Assembly (NCBI RefSeq): GCF_009914755.1
Contig: NC_060928.1
Direction: 5' to 3' (one strand)
Length of the DNA stretch: 64,000 nucleotides
Source: the human T2T-CHM13v2.0 reference genome, Homo sapiens
Shown: positions 54,091-64,000 of the stretch, one piece after another
Position numbering within the stretch: the stretch's first letter is position 1
How the letters are laid out: each line of letters begins with the position of its first letter
Translations under genes and position numbers: made by a program
Notes under the pieces: model-generated
What the model was told of the DNA's origin: nothing
Seen by the model: only the letters and a program-made list of their open reading frames with translations
Database searches by the model: none

Positions 54091-54649
54091 ATGAGGGGTC
54101 AGGCATAACCTGCATGAAGCACGGTATTGAATTTTTGCATCCACAACTAGATAGATACTAAATACTAGAATTGTAAGTGGTTTTATTTGTATTAAAACAT
54201 TTAATATTTTATTTTTGCCAAAAAATAAATAAAACTTCTTAGCTTCTCCCTCTGCCCAATCCTGTTCCCCTCATTTTCATGCAAGACTTATTTATTGCAG
54301 ATGTTTCCCCCCCTTTAAACCACCTGCATGCAAATCTCTGTCTCAGAATGTATTTCCAGGGAACCTGACCTAGACATGTGCCAACTGGCACAGAGGTAGA
54401 AAGAAACGGCCCCCTGCCTCCTCTTTCAGATGTTGGTATAGTGAGACAAGCAAATGGTTAGCTTGCTGATAGATACTATTATTAAATGTACAAACGTGTC
54501 AATAAATTTATAATTTATTTTAAATATCTTTGATTTCAAATTGTAGATATTTAAATACATAATGGTATTTTCCCTTGTATTCTTGCCCCAGGTCCCACAA
54601 ATATTTAGAGTAAGTCTGCCCTTCCTTCTTGATTTCTATTATATTTTCT

Positions 54650-56800
<2,151 letters not shown>

Positions 56801-56850
56801 CAGACAACACCCGGTTCATGAGGTTTTTTTAAGAAATGTATTTAGAATTT

Positions 56851-56947
56851 TTGTGTTTTTTTTATTATACTTTAAGTTTTAGGGTACATGTGCAAATGTG
56901 CAGGTTTGTTACATATGTATACATGTGTCATGTTGGTGTGCTGCACC
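56851..56947 (-). mobile_element. severely 5'-truncated L1PA 3' end (~97 bp)
   Basis: ttattatactttaagttttagggtacatgtgc...catgttggtgtgctgcacc is the reverse L1PA terminus; flanked by aatgtattta(g)aattt. Confidence 0.9.
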
Positions 56948-56965
56948 GAATGTATTTAAATTTAC

Positions 56966-57324
56966 TGTATGAGTCTGTTCTCACGTTGCTAATAAGGACA
57001 TACCCTAGACTGGGTAATCTATAAAGAAAAAGAGGTTTAATGGACTCACAGTTTCACATGGCTGAGGAGGCTTCACAATCATGGCAGAAGATGAATGAGG
57101 GGCAAAGTCACTTATTACATGGAAGCAGGCAAGAGAGCTGGTGCAGGGGAACTCCTGTGTATAAAACCATCAGATCTTGTGAGACTTATTCACTATCATG
57201 AGAACGGTATGGGGGAAACAGCCCGCATGATTCAATTATCTCCACCTGGCCCCACTCTTGACGCGTGGGGATTATGACAATTCAAGGTGAGATTTGGGTG
57301 GGGACACAGAGCCAAACCATATCA
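56966..57324 (-). mobile_element. THE1-family solo LTR
   Basis: tgtatgagtctgttctcac...gagatttgggtggggacacagagccaaaccatatca, ~360 bp. Confidence 0.92.
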
Positions 57325-58232
57325 AGTTATAAATGTCTTTCTAAGCTCTGCTTTTATTTGGCGCCCTAAATTTTGTCATTCATGCAGGCAGAACAGCCAC
57401 ACAGAGTGAACCATTTTGCTCACTGCATAAGATCTGGATGAGCTGGTGAGAAGAGCTCTCTGTCGAAAGGAAGAAATGCTTTTTTTTTGCAGAAAAGGAC
57501 CTCTAGCTCTCTCCTTATAGGCCCTCAAGGTTGTGACTGTCCAAAGCAGGTGCCTCTGTCTGATTCAAACAGAGATGCCGTGTAGGATAGTGAGAGTCCT
57601 GAGGTGGGTCTGCTACTCAGCCCTAAGTATTTTATTTGTCTTATGATTCTGTTAACCCAGGAGTTACTTAGTAGCATTTTATCCAGTTTCCATGTGTCTG
57701 AGATTTTGTTTGAGTAATATACTAGATAGGGGCAAATAGACCAATAGGACTGAGTAGACAACTGAGAAATACTGTGCACCCTTGCACCTCTGGGCTCTTG
57801 AGATGTAAGAGAGGTGGTGCCAAACATTAATGGAGAAAAACAGAAGTGCTTTAGGAAATGACGTGAAAAGAACTGGATCACTATTTAGGGAAAAACAAAG
57901 CTGGATTTGCTCCCTTATCTCCTATGCAAAGATGGATGTCTGGTGTAAAAGAAATAAACTGAAACCTAGCTGAAGAAAATGTAGGCATTCATCCTTGTGA
58001 GCTCCAAGTGGGGAGAGATATCCACAAGGCTGAAAATGTATAAACCACATAGCAAAATGTTGATAGGTTTGACTATATCAAAATTAATTTATTTCAGCAG
58101 AAAAAGTTAGCAGGAGCTAACACAGTAGGAGAAGATGTTTCCAATATCTATTCAAGGACTGTCCTAAGAACACAAGTAAATCAACATCAATGACCTCAAA
58201 AACAGCATTGAGTAAGAAAACAGAAAAAAATA

Positions 58233-58614
58233 CAATAGTTTCCCCTTATCCATAGTTTCGTGCTTTCCACAATTCCAGTTACCATGGCCCAAAAATATTT
58301 CATGGAAAATTCCAGAAATAAGCAATTCATAAATTTTACATTGCATGCCATGTTGAGTAGCATGATGAAACCTCGTACCACCCTGCTCTGTCCTGCCTGG
58401 GACATGAATCATCCCTTTGTTCAGCCTATCCATGCTGTCTACACTACCCACCCGTTATTAATTTAGTAGCCCTTTAGGCTATCAGATCAAAAAAACATAA
58501 AAGCAAACAAACAAACAAACAGCATAGTATGTATAGGGTTTGGTGCTATCTGAGGTTTCAGGTATCCATGGGAGGTCTTAGAACATATCCCCCAGAGACA
58601 ATGGGGGACTATTG
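58233..58614. mobile_element. MER44-like (Tigger family) MITE
   Basis: TIRs caatagtttccccttatc / gacaatgggggactattg with TA on both sides. Confidence 0.8.
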
Positions 58615-58920
58615 TATTAATATCACACATCATTCATATAAATTGGAAACACATGTATGTACAAAGCTACATGCTTTACAAGAACACAGGCATATTTAAG
58701 GTCACAGCTTAAACACATTAAAGTTGGTGTGCATGGGGGTAAGAAAAAGGGAATAGAGACTAAGAAAGAAGGGAACAAAGAAAATAAGAGAGACTTACAC
58801 CTCAGCTCAGAGCGTAAGGTCATCATTCGTCTATCCATGAGTAACTCAGTTCTCAGCAGAAAAAACAATTTAGACCAGAAAACATTTGTAAAATGTCTAT
58901 CTAGTACCGTCACATGCTAG

Positions 58921-59315
<395 letters not shown>

Positions 59316-60123
59316 GATCTGTTGTATTTTTTTTAATAAGCAAAAGCTTTCAACCTTACCAGTCAGAACTTCCTTGTTATTAAAAATAAAATGGTTGAGC
59401 AAAATGCTGAATTGAGTATTTGAAATGAGACAGGCGTCATCTGGCTAATTTCTTTTAAAGACTTCTCTCCCCTAATAAAGAATGGAGTGAACAATTGCTT
59501 GTATTTGAGCTTTTAATTAGACCCAATATAATATGCTTACAAGTATTTTGCCTGCCAGGCATCGCAAAAATCACTCCGCTGATTTTACAAGAATTTAATA
59601 CATGGGAACACAAGTTGGCTGGGATTCAATAAGAGATTATCTTGCTAAGTGAGAATAATGAAAAAATCAAGGAGAAACACAACTTTATTGGAAGGGGTGG
59701 GAGGAAAGGAGATGGGTGGGAAGTCACACTGGAAATGAGTTTCAGAAGTACAGAGTAATTTACTTAGGGACAGGTCCTGGTTTTGTGGGGCCTGACGCCT
59801 ACATATTTGGTGGAGGCAGGTGAGAGGAGTAAAAGATTTAAGGAAAAGAATATTAAAATATGAATATGAAACCAGTTATGATTATATCAAATGAGAAAAA
59901 AGTCTTAATAAACTACAAATTTTAAAAGATGATAGATATGTTAAATATAACAAAATCTAGACAAATCTCATAATGTTTCTTAATGACTTGTCTGATCATC
60001 TCTACAATATTTGTTTTCTACATATTTTTTGGCTGTGCAGCCTTTATAGCCTTTTTCTGTGACAACAATTTTATAATGTTTTTTATATGGAGAGAATACA
60101 AAGACAAGTTAATCTTTCCCTAG

Positions 60124-60570
<447 letters not shown>

Positions 60571-61291
60571 CATGCCAGTGGGATGAACACCAAAGTTTAT
60601 ACCAGGCATGAACACCACATCTGGCGTACACTTTCTTGTTATTAATAATCAGATTCATAAAATACATGATTTCACACATAGATTTACTCACTTTTATAGA
60701 ACTGCTACAGGTTTGTGCCCTGTAAATATAGAAATGCTGATAAAATCTATTTCATATGATTCATTTCTAATTATATGTGTTGCATTATTGAGTAGATTCT
60801 TAACAGGAAAGAACTTCTGCATGAATCAGACGCTGATGAGAACTGAGTGCCTTGCTTACCACTGTACGTGCCTAATGCCTGGCAGAGTGTTCTCTGGGTT
60901 GGCCTCTGTCCCTGCACGTTTTAATCCTTGTTTCTCTTCCACTGGCACATCTGGGTGAGGTGTCACAGGACACATTCTTATCACCATACCACGTCTGGTC
61001 CTCCAGCTTCATGTCTCCAATCAGGTCAGGTCAGGTCAACCCAGTGGGCGATGAAAGTATTCCCTGGACATTATTCCCACACCAGGATGAACTGACAAGA
61101 ACTCAGCATGGAAGTGACGTGAAACACACGAATATATCCTGCGAAACCCAAACGAAATGAAATTTCCAGGTTAATATTCCCTTAGATGACCTCCCCAAAC
61201 TGCCCACAGCTGTTCCAGGCCTCTTCACACTTGGGGAAGTCAGAAAGGAAAGAGAGGGCAGTCGTAACCAATGTGCAGTTTCAATATCGAA

Positions 61292-62207
<916 letters not shown>

Positions 62208-62546
62208 TACTTCCTTAGATTTCACAAACCTCAGTGGCAAAGGAACACAGCATGGGAGCTCGTGCCAGGACTTGGAAAGACCCAAAGCTGCAGATGAATT
62301 AGCTTCAGGGTAAATCCGCCTCTGACCCAAGAGGCGGGCAAACCTGGCTGATAATCAAACTCATCTGCAGGCCCTATTAGAGAAATGCGGACCCAAAGGC
62401 CCCACCTCTGGAGATTTTGCTTCAATAGTGAAAAGGGAAGTGGTGCTTTTGGAAGCTAAGAGGGTTGGGTAAGGTGTGCATGGAGGTGGGAGGGAGGAGA
62501 GTACAGATGGAACTTACTGAGCCTTCTAAAATCATTCTCTTCATAG

Positions 62547-62891
<345 letters not shown>

Positions 62892-62910
62892 TGTCCATCA
62901 TCTTTCAAAG

Positions 62911-63128
62911 CAAGCTTGTTCAACCTGTGGCCCGCCGGCCTAATGCAGCCCAGGATGGCTTGAATGCAGCCCAAAACAAATTTGTAAACTTTCTTAAAAC
63001 ATTATGAGATGTTTTTGGATTTTTTTTTTTCTCATCAGGTTTTGTTAGTGTCAGTGTATTTTATGTGTGGCCCAAGATAATTCTTCTTCCAATGTGGCCA
63101 AGGAAAGCCAAAAAATTGAGCACCCCTG
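62911..63128. mobile_element. MER30-like hAT MITE
   Basis: caagcttgttcaacc...gagcacccctg with 8-bp TSD tttcaaag/ttttaaag. Confidence 0.85.
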
Positions 63129-63249
63129 TTTTAAAGTCTCCTGGTATTTCAAGAAATGATGGCCAGGGCCAACTTCTCCAAATTGCTATTGCTGCCCTTC
63201 CATCACAAGCACACACATCCTCCCTCTCCCTTTGCACTCCTATTCTGAC

Positions 63250-63868
<619 letters not shown>

Positions 63869-63908
63869 CTGACTGTATTTAAATAAGGGACATGAGTATG
63901 TGTATGTG

Positions 63909-63940
63909 TCACACACACACATACACACACACACACACAC
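63909..63940. repeat. (CA)n microsatellite
   Basis: ca run with one ta interruption. Confidence 0.95.
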
Positions 63941-64000
63941 CTGTGTCTTCCTCTAAATTACTACCATCAGGGCAAATATTAAATCAGGAGCTGAACCTGT

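Overview
Primate (very likely human; an AluYa5-type element is present) genomic DNA containing the complete KLF3 (Kruppel-like factor 3 / BKLF) gene on the + strand. It has a CpG-island promoter (~6130-8170), a non-coding first exon ending at a GTAAGT donor (7561), and five coding exons (23732-23788, 31690-32176, 32834-32984, 37849-38009, 40185-40366). These join through canonical GT-AG sites into 1038 nt = 345 aa + stop, with the PVDLT CtBP motif, two SUMO consensus sites and three C2H2 fingers. A ~4.2 kb repeat-free 3'UTR carries several poly(A) signals. The CpG island also has minus-strand splice donors and an ORF I recall as the antisense transcript KLF3-AS1/FLJ13197. The remainder is Alu, L1, L2, MIR, MaLR/ERV LTR and DNA-transposon relics; nearly all other ORFs in the track are GC-island or repeat artefacts. 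I see no evidence of a wholly new gene system. The best leads are regulatory and mutational: (1) the 96-nt start-codon exon is clamped between inverted Alus and has no in-frame stop; (2) intron 4 begins with an immediate in-frame stop that would give a finger-less isoform; (3) a miR-21 8mer lies at the predicted cleavage zone of a poly(A) signal; (4) a possible in-frame +12 aa acceptor in the finger linker; (5) an AluYa5/AluY pair shares a 125-bp identical tract; (6) several short locally templated insertions. Repeat subfamily names and boundaries come from recalled consensus sequences and are approximate.
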